Positions 16,599-26,796 are shown, counted from the first letter of the stretch. The stretch: 32,000 nt of DNA from Ignicoccus islandicus DSM 13165 (GCF_001481685.1 NZ_CP006867.1:1110001-1142000), one strand, 5' to 3'. Notes: generated by a model from the sequence alone, not told the origin. Made by a program: numbers and translations.

Positions 16599-17630
16599 TT
16601 GTTTTCAAAATACTATTCTAAAGCGAAACTTGAGCCACCGGACGATTTACCCGAGAGGGAAGTAGCTCTACAGACCTTTAGCGGAGTAATGATTAGACAC
16701 CTCGCTGTTAGATCCGTAGAGGAACTTAGAAAGATAGTAATTGAGAAGAAGGGCGCGCACTTGTTCGTTTCGACAGCGAGTTACGAGGATCCGGGAGCGC
16801 CTTCAATGGATGAAAAGGGATGGAAGCGCGCCGACTTACAATTCGATATAGACGTTGATCACTTCGAAGGTTGCAAGGGAGATTACAAAATTTGTAAAGA
16901 TGAAGTAGTTCCAGTTAACGAGGATTGCGAGGGAAAGGTAATAGGAATAGTTCCTGAGAGATGTATTGAAAGGGGGTTCGAGGAAGTTAAGAAGCTCGAG
17001 AAGGTACTTAAGAAGTACTTATCTATTGAGAATTTCGAAATTCACTTCTCAGGCAATAGAGGCTTTCACTTAATAGCGAGGGGGACCCCTTACGACTTCG
17101 AAGGCTCGGACCTAAGGAGGGAAATAGTTGATTTCGTAACCGGAAACTTGTTCGACCTAGGGAAAATATGTATCAAATCGAATTGCGTTATTCCCAAGAG
17201 CTGGGAACCTGGATGGAGGGGAAGATTGGGGGAAGCGTTAGAGCTGATGCTTCCAAGTGGATTGAAAACGTGGAGCGAGGTGGATGATCCTAAGGGAGTT
17301 CTGGAGAGGGCCTTCGAATTAGCTAAGGTGGACGTGGACGAGCAGGTCACAGTAGATACTAGTAGGCTATTGAGGGTTCCAGGGAGCCTTCACGGTAAGA
17401 GCGGTTTGCGGGTCGTCAAGGTATATAGCAACTTCTCTTACGGTCCGCATTTGAGCCCTTTTCACGGGCTTGAGACTTACGTTCAAGCGAAGTATTCAAT
17501 TGATATGAAGGTTTTCGGTGAAAGGATCGTGCTGAGCAAAGGCGAGAAGGCCTCCTTTGATGGAGCAATAGGAGTGATGCTCGCACTGAGGGGGTTAGTA
17601 GAACTCATCGATTATAGAGCCCCTACGTAA
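16599..17630 (+). CDS. priS: DNA primase small (catalytic) subunit
   Basis: ADLQFDIDVDHFEGC (catalytic acidic motif), NFEIHFSGNRGFHLI, RLLRVPGSLHGKSGLRV. TTG 16599 (MFSKYYSKAKL...) preferred over the track start at 16548, which lies deep inside pcn. Confidence 0.93.
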   Translation: MFSKYYSKAKLEPPDDLPEREVALQTFSGVMIRHLAVRSVEELRKIVIEKKGAHLFVSTASYEDPGAPSMDEKGWKRADLQFDIDVDHFEGCKGDYKICKDEVVPVNEDCEGKVIGIVPERCIERGFEEVKKLEKVLKKYLSIENFEIHFSGNRGFHLIARGTPYDFEGSDLRREIVDFVTGNLFDLGKICIKSNCVIPKSWEPGWRGRLGEALELMLPSGLKTWSEVDDPKGVLERAFELAKVDVDEQVTVDTSRLLRVPGSLHGKSGLRVVKVYSNFSYGPHLSPFHGLETYVQAKYSIDMKVFGERIVLSKGEKASFDGAIGVMLALRGLVELIDYRAPT

Positions 17631-17653
17631 CTAATCCGAATAGGGATTAAGGT

Positions 17654-18343
17654 TTGATTTACAAGAAGAAGATAGAAGTCGCTGAGGACTTGCTTGCTGA
17701 AGCGATGGAAGAAAACTTGAACAGGGAGGAAGTTAAGAAAAGGCTAGTTAACGCTTACAAGAGGGAGGGCATTTCGCCCTTCAGAGGACTCGCTTTACCA
17801 CCAGACATTACGGACAAAGAGATGGCGACCCTTTACGTCATAGCGAAGTATGGACTAGGTATAGAGGACGAACTAAGGGATGTATTCGAATACGAGGAGA
17901 GGCTAGAGAAGGCCGCAGAACTCTTACTCAAGGGCGACAGGGAAGGAGTTCTTAAGCTCGTTGGTGAAATAAACAGTAATACGTTATCGAGGATATTCCG
18001 CGTAGTATTCACCGCGGTCATACTAGGGTTTAAGGATGAGAAAGAGCTAATAGAGCTCTTGCATAAGGCAATGGAAGTATTTCCCGAAGAGGAAAAGACT
18101 GCAAGGAAGTACGCGAGATTCTATATAGCGTTTAGGGTAGCTGAGGGTATAGCCAAGGGCGAAATTAGGGACAAGCTGGACAAGGAAGCTCTAAAGCAAT
18201 CGCTTTCCCTTAGAATAGGCATACCGAAAGTGCTTCCCGATGATGAGTACGTTTACATTATTGCGAAAGAGGTATTCAATCTCGATGACTCAGTTCTCAA
18301 GAAAATACTTAAGATTGTTAATAAGAGGAAAGGGACTCATTAA
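17654..18343 (+). CDS. Conserved archaeal protein encoded next to priS (possibly DUF2192)
   Basis: Helix-rich 229 aa protein with no cysteine; MIYKKKIEVAEDLLAEAMEENLNREEVKKRLVNAYKREGISPFRG. Family name is from memory. Confidence 0.6.
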   Translation: MIYKKKIEVAEDLLAEAMEENLNREEVKKRLVNAYKREGISPFRGLALPPDITDKEMATLYVIAKYGLGIEDELRDVFEYEERLEKAAELLLKGDREGVLKLVGEINSNTLSRIFRVVFTAVILGFKDEKELIELLHKAMEVFPEEEKTARKYARFYIAFRVAEGIAKGEIRDKLDKEALKQSLSLRIGIPKVLPDDEYVYIIAKEVFNLDDSVLKKILKIVNKRKGTH

Positions 18344-18349
18344 AAGCGC

Positions 18350-19594
18350 GTGTACTTACTTAGTAGCTGGGTTAGAAGAATGGTACTCTACCACCTATCT
18401 CGCCTCACTGACGATTTGTACGTGTTAAGGGTTGATGACAGATACACGAAGTACTTCGAAGCCCTTTGGGAGATACCGGAAGGAATTACCTATAACGCAT
18501 ACCTCTTAAAGACGAAAGAAGGGGACGTACTCTTCGATACTTGGAAGAGGCAGTTTTCGAGCACTCTCCTAGAGGCGTTGGAGAGGGTAACCTCCCCAGA
18601 AGAGCTCAAGTACGTCGTAGTTCACCACTTAGAACCCGATCATTCTGGAAGCTTGGAAGACGTAGTAAGGTGGGCACCCAACGTAAAGGTCTTGAGTCAC
18701 CCATTAGCTGGTAGAATGATGACTGCCTTCCCGAAGGCTAAAGCGCGCTTCAAACCAGTCAAGGACGGCGAAACCCTAGAGTTAGGGGGCAAGAAAATAA
18801 GGTTCGTTCATACACCATGGCTTCACTGGCCCGAAACAATGATGAGTTGGATAGAGGACGAAGGAGTACTGCTTACGTGCGATGCGTTCGGAGGTTACGG
18901 AATACCGCTATCCCTCTACGACGATCAGTGCGTTAACGTAGAGCAAATGGTAAGAGCAGTTAGGAAGTACGTCGTTACAGTAATAGGCCACTATAGGGAA
19001 TGGATTGAAAGAAACGTTTCGAAATTAGAGAAACTTGGAATAAATCCCAAGGTCATTGCTCCCGCTCACGGCCTCATATGGAGAAAGTCCGCGGACAGAG
19101 TAATTGAAATATACAAGAACGTAGCCAATTCCGTTCCAAGGCAGAACAAGGTACTAATAGTATACGCATCAACGTATGGTACAACAGAGAAAATGGCTAG
19201 GGGAATAGAATGTTCTCTAGTCAAGAACGGTATGGAAGTAGTTACTTACGGATTTAATGACACTTCGAGGGCGCCTATTTCAGAAATCCTTACTGACGCT
19301 TCCGATGCAGAAGTAATCGTCTTCGCGACGCCGACCTACGAAGTGGAGGCTTTCCCTTACTTGAAGTTCGTGGCCCAAGAGCTCTGCTGGAAAGTGGGTA
19401 ACGGAAAGAAAGTCGTGATAATCGCGAGCTATGGATGGTCGAGCGCGGCAGTAGACGATCTGAAGAAGACGTTAGAGGGTTGCGGGTATAAATCAGTTTC
19501 CGAAGTGAAACACAATGCTATAGGTCCAACCGCGATAAATGATGAAGCCGTCGAGGAAATAGCTAAGAAGGTTCTGGAAGCTATATCGAAGTAA
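18350..19594 (+). CDS. FprA-type (A-type) flavoprotein / flavodiiron-like protein
   Basis: HHLEPDHSGSL metal site, HTPWLHWPETMMSW, LLTCDAFGGYG, and a C-terminal flavodoxin domain VLIVYASTYGTTEKMARGIE. Confidence 0.9.
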   Translation: MYLLSSWVRRMVLYHLSRLTDDLYVLRVDDRYTKYFEALWEIPEGITYNAYLLKTKEGDVLFDTWKRQFSSTLLEALERVTSPEELKYVVVHHLEPDHSGSLEDVVRWAPNVKVLSHPLAGRMMTAFPKAKARFKPVKDGETLELGGKKIRFVHTPWLHWPETMMSWIEDEGVLLTCDAFGGYGIPLSLYDDQCVNVEQMVRAVRKYVVTVIGHYREWIERNVSKLEKLGINPKVIAPAHGLIWRKSADRVIEIYKNVANSVPRQNKVLIVYASTYGTTEKMARGIECSLVKNGMEVVTYGFNDTSRAPISEILTDASDAEVIVFATPTYEVEAFPYLKFVAQELCWKVGNGKKVVIIASYGWSSAAVDDLKKTLEGCGYKSVSEVKHNAIGPTAINDEAVEEIAKKVLEAISK

Positions 19595-19644
19595 AAGCAA
19601 TTCCCTTTTGAATTGTAGCTAGCGATATACAATGGAGCTATACT

Positions 19645-20652
19645 TTGAGGGGAAGGGTCCTAGTAGCTGGAATAGGCGGAGGAGGAGACGTAGGATCTGC
19701 CCATTGCGTTGCAACCTATCTAAGGGAATTGGGATATCGCGTTTTCTTAGCCTCCGTGGTATGGGAAAGAATGGTACGCGATCCAGTTCCGGGACCGATT
19801 TCACCAAAGGAAGTACAGGGAGCGGAGCAGTACAATTGGATAGCTGTAGTTAGAGGCGGTGAATTCTCTTTAAGGGAAGGAAAGAAGGTCGAACCGGAAG
19901 CAGCGTTGCTAGCCAAAGCTACGGGCGAAAGCGTAATACTATTGGACTTGACGGGAGGATACTACTCTCTATACCAAAGTTTCCTTGAGGCGATTGAATT
20001 AACTGGGAGCGATATAGTAATAGGCGTGGATGCTGGTGGAGACGTTCTAGCTATGCCGGGCGATGACGACGTCTGGAGTCCCCTCACGGATTCGATAGCT
20101 CTAGCCGTATTACAGGATTTGGAAACGTCGCAACTCGCCGTAGTGGGACCTGGATGCGATGGGGAGATGCCCACTGAGAAGGTTCTAAGGAGAATATCTA
20201 TGGTCTGGAAGAACGGAGGAAACTTGGGCGGCTTCGTTATATCAAGGAACCTAAAAGAGGTTTGCGAAAGGGCTATGAAATTCATGAAAACTGAGGCGTC
20301 GCGAGTGGTGCTTCGAGCCGCTTCCGGAGAGTTCGGGGAAGTGGAAATTAGGAGGGGCTCGCGAAAGCTACTCCTAAGCCCCGTCTTGGCCACGACGTTC
20401 TTCTTAGACCCTAAAAAGGTTCAAAGCCCATTGGCTAACGCAGTCAGGGGGACAAAGAGTATAGAAGAAGCTAGCGCTAAAATGTTAGAAAATTGTAGCG
20501 TCTCTGAACTTGAACTTGAGAAAATACTCAAGAAGTTAGGTGAACCAACTAAAGAGAACTTGGAGAAGGCCAGAGAAACGTTATTGAAGATGAGGAGGTG
20601 TTCAGATGCAAGTAATTTACAACGCGAAGAGATGGAACGTTTTAAGGACTAA
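19645..20652 (+). CDS. DUF1152-family protein
   Basis: VLVAGIGGGGDVGSAHCVATYLRELGYRVFLASVVWERMVRDPVPGPISPKEVQG and DIVIGVDAGGDVLAMPGDDDVWSPLTDSIALAVL. Confidence 0.78.
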   Translation: MRGRVLVAGIGGGGDVGSAHCVATYLRELGYRVFLASVVWERMVRDPVPGPISPKEVQGAEQYNWIAVVRGGEFSLREGKKVEPEAALLAKATGESVILLDLTGGYYSLYQSFLEAIELTGSDIVIGVDAGGDVLAMPGDDDVWSPLTDSIALAVLQDLETSQLAVVGPGCDGEMPTEKVLRRISMVWKNGGNLGGFVISRNLKEVCERAMKFMKTEASRVVLRAASGEFGEVEIRRGSRKLLLSPVLATTFFLDPKKVQSPLANAVRGTKSIEEASAKMLENCSVSELELEKILKKLGEPTKENLEKARETLLKMRRCSDASNLQREEMERFKD

Positions 20653-21268
20653 GAGGGAAAAGGCCATTAATGTAATGGAAAAACTAGCTGACTTACATCC
20701 AATTGTACACGGCTCAGTTGCTAGAGGGGACGTTAGGGAAGACAGCGACGTGGACATCGCTATCCTGAGACCCGTTCCGCCTTATATGGTAGAACTCAGG
20801 CTGCATTTCTCACATGGCTACATCGTTCAAGCGACTCCCTTCAGCACACCCAAGGCTTACCTAGCCCTAGACGAAAGGGAAGAGGTGGTGATCTCCTTCC
20901 CGTTAGCTCCCCTTTCGAGGTCCGAAATAGAGTTCTATGCGTTCGGTGGTCAGCTGGATCTGGAGGGGCTTAAGAAGGGTTTAAGGGTTCCGGGAATAGA
21001 CAAGTCCCTTCATTTGATCGTACCGACAGATCAGGGACACTGGGAGGAACCGGTAATAGGTATGGAAGGAGAGGCAGCAAAGTTGTTGGGAATATCCATT
21101 CTAACTATTAAAGAGAGAATCGCCCTACTGACTAGAAGAAGGGAAAGAGGTCATACGGGAGTTTTCGTTAAGTTCAAGTTCCAGGGAAGCGTTGAGGAGG
21201 CTTTATACGAAATGGCTCGGAAAAATAAGTTATTTAGAAAGAAGTTAGAGAATGCTGGAATGTTATGA
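20606..21268 (+). CDS. Predicted nucleotidyltransferase-domain protein
   Basis: PIVHGSVARGDVREDSDVDIAIL (GSxARGDxxxxSDxDI). Confidence 0.85.
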   Translation: MQVIYNAKRWNVLRTKREKAINVMEKLADLHPIVHGSVARGDVREDSDVDIAILRPVPPYMVELRLHFSHGYIVQATPFSTPKAYLALDEREEVVISFPLAPLSRSEIEFYAFGGQLDLEGLKKGLRVPGIDKSLHLIVPTDQGHWEEPVIGMEGEAAKLLGISILTIKERIALLTRRRERGHTGVFVKFKFQGSVEEALYEMARKNKLFRKKLENAGML

Positions 21269-21949
21269 AGACCTCTTACCGCTGCTTATTAATGCGAATA
21301 TCGAAACGAAGAGCGATATTAGGGAGGTCATTAGGGACGCTAGTACCATATAGAGTAATATCGTATTAGAACCATTTGAAGTGAAGGTGTTCTGATTAAT
21401 TATCTTCTCCGGAGGAACGCCGTAGGGCAACGCAGAGAATATTTTTACGCCGTACATGTCGCCATTGGGCGAAGCATCGCCGTTAGCTACTATGCTAGCA
21501 ACCCTGAAACCTACTACCACTGGCTTCTCGGGAGCTTTCCAACTCACTTCCCACGCCCTAGACCTCACGAGGGAGCCCTTTTCCGTGTGGGTTACGTATT
21601 CAACCATACCCCCTAGACCTAGATCGAAGACGCTGGTGAGGAACGTATGTTCGTGATCGACTACCTTTACTTTCCCTGCTGATGCGCTGAATGCGAAGCC
21701 GCCGCAGTGAACCATAGCTTCGGTACAATTAGGTACGTTAACAATCTTTATCTTCAACTTATAGAACTTACCCGGTTCGTAATAGTACTTACCGTCCTTC
21801 TCAATTAGACCTTCGACCACTATGTTGTTGGAAGACAACGGCTTCGCGTCCATGTGACATTGACTACATTCGAGGGCTGGCGCACCGTTGCTCATTGCGA
21901 ACGCGAGGGACGGAATTAAAATTAGGACCAACACTGCTTTCCAATTCAT
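21263..21949 (-). CDS. Secreted, C-terminally membrane-anchored protein with CxxCH heme-binding-like motif and Reeler-like segment
   Basis: Signal peptide MNWKAVLVLILIPSLAFA; CSQCHMD; YYEPGKFYKLKIKI...FAFSASAGKV; C-terminal TM ILLYMVLASLMTSLISLFVSIFALI. Confidence 0.7.
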   Translation of the reverse strand: MNWKAVLVLILIPSLAFAMSNGAPALECSQCHMDAKPLSSNNIVVEGLIEKDGKYYYEPGKFYKLKIKIVNVPNCTEAMVHCGGFAFSASAGKVKVVDHEHTFLTSVFDLGLGGMVEYVTHTEKGSLVRSRAWEVSWKAPEKPVVVGFRVASIVANGDASPNGDMYGVKIFSALPYGVPPEKIINQNTFTSNGSNTILLYMVLASLMTSLISLFVSIFALISSGKRSS

Positions 21950-22096
21950 GGGTCTTCGCGTTTAATTGGTTCCGGTAAGCAATATTAAAAGTACGGAGTT
22001 TTATTGACACCGGAGATTTCCAAAAATAGCAGTAAATTAAGTTTCTCGAACACAGTTTTAAGGGGTTCGCGTAGTATCCTATAAAGGACACGGAGA

Positions 22097-22966
22097 GTGA
22101 ACCCGATGAAACTGATGGTACAATTATCGCCGTGTGGTGGTAGTGGTAGACACTTAATCGCTTACGAAACGGCAGTGCACTTAGCTATGAGGAGAGGTGG
22201 AGGGAAGTACTTAATCATGGACATATCGTCCAACGCTGTCTCTCCCCTCGATATAAGGGGCTGTTACTTGGGTTACTTAATGGGAAGGTACCACCCTTCC
22301 GAAGCGATAGTGAAAATACCTCGACACGACAACTTCTACTACACTCGATTCATTACTCCCACTTGCATCAAGGACTTGAACTACAACCTCGGTTTAGTGA
22401 ACTCCAGACTTGAAGAAATAATTAGCAAGATGGCAATAGAAATAAAAGATCTTATAAAGAGAAATTACACGGTTATCATTACGGCCTCTTACGACATTTT
22501 AACCATGAATCTAATAGAGGAGTTGATGAGGGGTCCGCTCTCATTCATTATGGACAGCGAACCCGTACTGATATCTAACGAAAACATAGTATGTATAAAG
22601 GAAAGCATCAGATTAATGGAAGAATTAAACCTTAGGAGTAAGAACTTAATAGTCAACAAAGTGCCAGCTGCTGAAATCATGAGGTTGAGGGACGAAGTAA
22701 TTTCCTTGAACGGCCTCAACTTAGCTGTCCTAATACCGCTATCCAGGCAGCTCTACTTCAGGCACTTCGCGCACTACATGAGCGTTGCAATAAAGGCTAA
22801 TACTAACCCACATGCTAGAACAATATCTCATTTATTTGACAAAATACTAAGGATACTGGAGGGCACGGAGGAGGGCGGAAAGGTATTAGCGCTCATAGGT
22901 GGTTTGATAAATGAAACAGATCTAATACCGAGCGTCAACGAAGGTGCGAAAATAAAAATATTTTAG
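22097..22966 (+). CDS. MinD/ParA-like P-loop-fold protein with degenerate Walker A
   Basis: VQLSPCGGSGRHLIAYETAVHLAMRRGGGKYLIMDIS aligns with the KGGxGKTT...VLLIDxD layout; LNLRSKNLIVNKVP matches the MinD 'vvvNrv' region. Confidence 0.5.
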   Translation: MNPMKLMVQLSPCGGSGRHLIAYETAVHLAMRRGGGKYLIMDISSNAVSPLDIRGCYLGYLMGRYHPSEAIVKIPRHDNFYYTRFITPTCIKDLNYNLGLVNSRLEEIISKMAIEIKDLIKRNYTVIITASYDILTMNLIEELMRGPLSFIMDSEPVLISNENIVCIKESIRLMEELNLRSKNLIVNKVPAAEIMRLRDEVISLNGLNLAVLIPLSRQLYFRHFAHYMSVAIKANTNPHARTISHLFDKILRILEGTEEGGKVLALIGGLINETDLIPSVNEGAKIKIF

Positions 22967-23970
22967 GAGAGTAGCTCTCTGACTGCTCTCTCATATACTT
23001 CTATTGCATGTTTAATCTCTTCTAAGCTCATTACTTCGCCGTCAGTATGACTTAGCTCGCTCTTTCCGGGACCGTAAGCTGCAATGCTCTCCGAGACTTC
23101 GGCCAACACGTTCATATCGCTGGTACCTCTCTTTTTAGCGTACCTAGCTCTCTTACCGCTCTTCAGTATTGCCCTCGCCAAGGCCCTCGGTACCGGGGAA
23201 GAAGGCTTAACTTCCGCCGGAGGTAAGCCATCGACTAATTCAACATCACAAGGCTCAAAGGCTTTCAGTATGGACTCTAGTTCAACGCCCTTTGGGTACC
23301 TCACATCGAATTGAGCTACAACTTCCTTCGGCAAAACGTTGAAGGCGTTCTTAGAAACGATGGTTGTTAAGGAAACGGTGGCTGGTTGGAGGTTCTCTTT
23401 CGCCTTTAAGTACAATTCTATTAGCTTATCCACCGCACTTTCCCCGACTTCTGGAGAGGAAGCGTGGCCTCCCTTGGCCTTACACTCCACTTTGAGCCAA
23501 GCATAGCCTCTGTAACCTATTATCACGTTAGTGTTGTTCGATGGTTCTCCGATGATTACGTATCTAGCCTTCGGCCCGTTTTCCTTTAAGTACTTGGCGC
23601 CGTAGCTATCTGTCTCTTCCCTAACCATTGCACCCAGCAAAATCGGTCCTTCGCCTATCTTAGCTAATGCCCATATCATCGCGTTTAGAGGGCCCTTCGC
23701 GTCCACCGCACCTCTACCATAGACCTTGTCCCCAACTATCTTAGGCTGGGGGAAACCCGGTACTGTATCCATGTGAGAGATCAATGCGACTTCGTATTGA
23801 GGTTTCTTCGAGGGAGATGCAAGTACGTTGCCAGCCCCATCTTCCCAAACTTCTACCGTGCCGCCCGTTACTTCCTCTATAACTTCCTTGAGCGTCTCCC
23901 TAACTTCCTCCTCGTTACCGCTTGGAGAGTAAACCGAAACTAGTTTAAATAGGGTCTGTAGTTCCTTCAT
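22963..23970 (-). CDS. M20-family peptidase, LysK-like [LysW]-lysine/ornithine hydrolase
   Basis: VALISHMDTVPGFP, GRGAVDAKGPLNAMIWAL, REETDSYGAKYL, VIIGEPS, KGGHASSPEVGESAVDKLIEL. Confidence 0.82.
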   Translation of the reverse strand: MKELQTLFKLVSVYSPSGNEEEVRETLKEVIEEVTGGTVEVWEDGAGNVLASPSKKPQYEVALISHMDTVPGFPQPKIVGDKVYGRGAVDAKGPLNAMIWALAKIGEGPILLGAMVREETDSYGAKYLKENGPKARYVIIGEPSNNTNVIIGYRGYAWLKVECKAKGGHASSPEVGESAVDKLIELYLKAKENLQPATVSLTTIVSKNAFNVLPKEVVAQFDVRYPKGVELESILKAFEPCDVELVDGLPPAEVKPSSPVPRALARAILKSGKRARYAKKRGTSDMNVLAEVSESIAAYGPGKSELSHTDGEVMSLEEIKHAIEVYERAVRELLS

Positions 23971-24042
23971 CGTTTTACCTAGGGGTTCATTCCGTATCGG
24001 ATTAAAGAGTGAACGAGAAATTTTAGGAGGAAGGAGAGCGAT

Positions 24043-24847
24043 TTGAAAGCAGTCTCCAGCTTAGTATCGGAATTACTCTTGCTAGTAATAACGGTGTTCC
24101 TAGCGGTAACAATCTACGGTTGGACTGCCAAGTTACTAACCATGCTCTCCGCGAATCCGCTTCCGCCAATACCCGAAGTTACTGATGCGTACCTCTTCAC
24201 AGTGACCAGTAACGGAAGGAGCGCCTTGTTCCTAACTCTCAGAGTGCCTAATGCGATTGAAATAAATGGCGTTTACGTATATGCCGGCGGAAACTTGATC
24301 TGTAGTTCGAGCGAATTCCTATTGAGCGCTGACGATCCGAAGGCCAATGAATTCGGATGCAAGGCTCTGAGAGTGGCCGGTTATTACGGTTCGGTGAAGG
24401 GTCTAGACGATGAAGATTCCCGATATCCCGGTCTAATCCTCTTCTCAAGCGGTTGTCAGAGACCTGCCGTAGACGAAGCCAGCTCCTCGCAAGTAGGAAC
24501 TGAGTGGTTCTATCTGGATGGCCCAGGCGGGTACGCTGATAAGTGGACTACCGTAATAGCCGCAGTTCCGCAAGCGTACGAAGTCGGGGGGAAATAAAGT
24601 AGAGACGTCGTTCAGTGCCTCCAACACCACTGTAATCTTTCAGAGCTACTTGGGAGTGGAAAGGAAGGCCTTTTACTCCAATGCGGGATGGGTATATATA
24701 CCGGCTTTCAAGAGTGTCAGAGTGGAAAGGGGTACGTATACGATAATTGTCTGGTGTCCTAGCACGAACTTCGAAGACTTCTCTGCGGTAAAGGTCTCAG
24801 TAGTGACTGATATATACGTTGTTACTAGGGAGGTGAACTTGAGCTGA
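24043..24847 (+). pseudogene. Archaeal type IV pilin/archaellin-like protein, interrupted by an apparent +1 nt at a G6 tract (frames 24043-24597 and 24599-24847)
   Basis: MKAVSSLVSELLLLVITVFLAVTIYGW resembles archaeal pilin N-termini (KAVSxxIxxxLLlxItV). After ...YEVGG the +1 frame continues as NKVETSFSASNTTVIFQSYLGVERKAFYSNAGWVYIPAFKSVRVERGTYTIIVWCPS... Confidence 0.6.
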
Positions 24848-24870
24848 GTTACGAAATAGACTGGAAGTTA

Positions 24871-25779
24871 TTGGAGAGCTTCCTAAGGGGGCTCAAGGGT
24901 AGGGTTGTTGTCGAATCGCCGCCCGGTCTATGGAGGGAGGCGAAAGCCGTATGCTCGTTTATCGAAGAGAGAGGTTTGGAATGCGTTAGGTCGGCCATGC
25001 CTAGCTTCGGCGCTTGCCTAGTATTCCAAGACTTGGGCGACGCAATAGTCCACTTAGGTCATTACCCTTACCCTTGGTGGAAACCTTCGAAGAAAACGCT
25101 GTTCCTGCCTTGTCCTTGGAAAGGTGAGGTTCGATTACATAAAATTAAGAGCGAGCTGGAAGGGAAGAGGACGCTTGTCGGTACGACCGCTCAACACTTG
25201 GAGTCCGTGAAAAAGGTCATAGATGAAATGAAAGCTGAAGGAGTGAACGTGGAGCTTTCCTTCAGCACGCCCCGTGGACTCGTTTTGGGTTGCGATTACA
25301 CGGGTTTGAGGAGGGGTTACGACGAGTACTTAATAATAGCTGGAGGAAAGTTCCATTCCTTAGGTGCATCTCTATATTTAAAGAGGGACGTTATAGCCTT
25401 CGACCCTTACTCTGAAAGATGGGAAAGAGTGAATCCATACCCGATTTTAAAGAGAAGGTTATGGAAAGTGTCTGAGGCAATGGAAGGAAGGGAAGTTGCG
25501 ATAATAGATGGAATAGAGGGGCAAAGCAGGGAGAACCTAGTTAAGGCATTGTTCCTCGAGGCCTCTAGGGGAGGGTTTAAAGCTAGGTTATTTAAGGCTC
25601 CAATACTCACTAAGGAGTTCGTTGCGAACGTTCTGGAGGAGGTAGATTTCGCAGTAATTACCTCTTGTCCCAGATTACCTTTGGACGACTATGGAGACTT
25701 GGAAAAGCCAGTTCTCGCGCCCGGTGAGGCCAGGGCTGTCTTTAGGAGGAATTTGGAGCTCTACTCGTTTCCATTCTGA
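24871..25779 (+). CDS. dph2: Diphthamide biosynthesis protein Dph2 family
   Basis: Three conserved Cys contexts: [53 protein letters not shown]. Confidence 0.87.
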   Translation: MESFLRGLKGRVVVESPPGLWREAKAVCSFIEERGLECVRSAMPSFGACLVFQDLGDAIVHLGHYPYPWWKPSKKTLFLPCPWKGEVRLHKIKSELEGKRTLVGTTAQHLESVKKVIDEMKAEGVNVELSFSTPRGLVLGCDYTGLRRGYDEYLIIAGGKFHSLGASLYLKRDVIAFDPYSERWERVNPYPILKRRLWKVSEAMEGREVAIIDGIEGQSRENLVKALFLEASRGGFKARLFKAPILTKEFVANVLEEVDFAVITSCPRLPLDDYGDLEKPVLAPGEARAVFRRNLELYSFPF

Positions 25780-25919
25780 AGGTATTTAGCCATTATCCGA
25801 TACTTCACGTACTTGTCTTCCGGACTGAATCTAGGTGGATGCGGGACCTTGGTAGGGGTTCCACACACCGGACACGTTTCCTTAAACGTATACCTGCCGC
25901 AGTTGGGACACTGTCTCAT
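25761..25919 (-). CDS. nop10: H/ACA RNA-protein complex protein Nop10 (52 aa; absent from the ORF track)
   Basis: Manual translation: [52 protein letters not shown]. Two CxxC motifs plus the [11 protein letters not shown] signature; directly downstream of aif2a. Confidence 0.95.
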   Translation of the reverse strand: MRQCPNCGRYTFKETCPVCGTPTKVPHPPRFSPEDKYVKYRIMAKYLQNGNE

Positions 25920-25927
25920 TAACCATT

Positions 25928-26725
25928 TCAACTTTGCTTCACCTGTTGGAACTGGTATAGGTGGAAGCCCTCCTTCTTAGCGTCCTCAAGTATCTTTTGT
26001 CCTATGGCCTCCAAGGTCTTGCCAGCCGTCTTGTAGTCGAACGCGTGGACCTCTATTACGTACCTAGGCGCACCTATAGTGTATATTCTAACCCTTATTT
26101 CGTCCCCTTTCATGAAATCGTAAGCGTTCATTAGGACCCTCCTTATCTTGTCTACTCCTTCCGGGTCGAACGTTTGGAGTATTGCCATACCCTTTAGCAC
26201 AGCTTCTTTGATCTTTACGTGCGTCTTAGCTACCTCCTCAATAGCGCTGGCGATCTCTTCGGGAATCCCGGCCTTCACCAAAATTTCCTTACCCTTTAAC
26301 GCGGTGTCCTCGAAGACGCCAAGTAAGTCTCCGAACTCCTTCTGAATTAGAGGTTCGAGCATGTTGTAGAGCTTATCGTAATCCATTCCAGTCTTTTCCG
26401 CAACTATTTTGAGGAGGTTCTCGCCTTTCTTCAATCTCTTGTACAGTAACATCTTCTGCCTCTTCTCAGACTCGAGGACCTTCTTCAAGGAAACGTCAAC
26501 GGTACCCCTTTTCTTGTTAACCCTGATGACCTTCACGACGATCTTCTGGTTCTCTCTTAAGACGTTCCTTATGTTCCTGACCCATCTGGAAGCCACTTCG
26601 CTCCATGGTAAGTAAGCTTCCAAATCGTTGTATTCGTCTAGAGTAACGTAGGCACCGTAGTCGAACACTTGCCTAACTGTGGCTACTACGAGCTCTCCAA
26701 CTCTAGGAAGCCTCTTTCTAGCCAT
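25928..26725 (-). CDS. eif2a: Translation initiation factor 2 subunit alpha
   Basis: [78 protein letters not shown] (S1 domain). Confidence 0.96.
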   Translation of the reverse strand: MARKRLPRVGELVVATVRQVFDYGAYVTLDEYNDLEAYLPWSEVASRWVRNIRNVLRENQKIVVKVIRVNKKRGTVDVSLKKVLESEKRQKMLLYKRLKKGENLLKIVAEKTGMDYDKLYNMLEPLIQKEFGDLLGVFEDTALKGKEILVKAGIPEEIASAIEEVAKTHVKIKEAVLKGMAILQTFDPEGVDKIRRVLMNAYDFMKGDEIRVRIYTIGAPRYVIEVHAFDYKTAGKTLEAIGQKILEDAKKEGFHLYQFQQVKQS

Positions 26726-26796
26726 CTTTAAGTTCCCTGATATTAACGGGGAGGAGGCGTTTAAGACTTCAAAAGCAGGAGACGCTATTCAAAACC

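Noticed and set aside
17654-18343. DNA primase large subunit (PriL)
   Set aside because: It follows priS, but the protein has no cysteines, whereas PriL needs four for its 4Fe-4S cluster. Called a conserved hypothetical instead.
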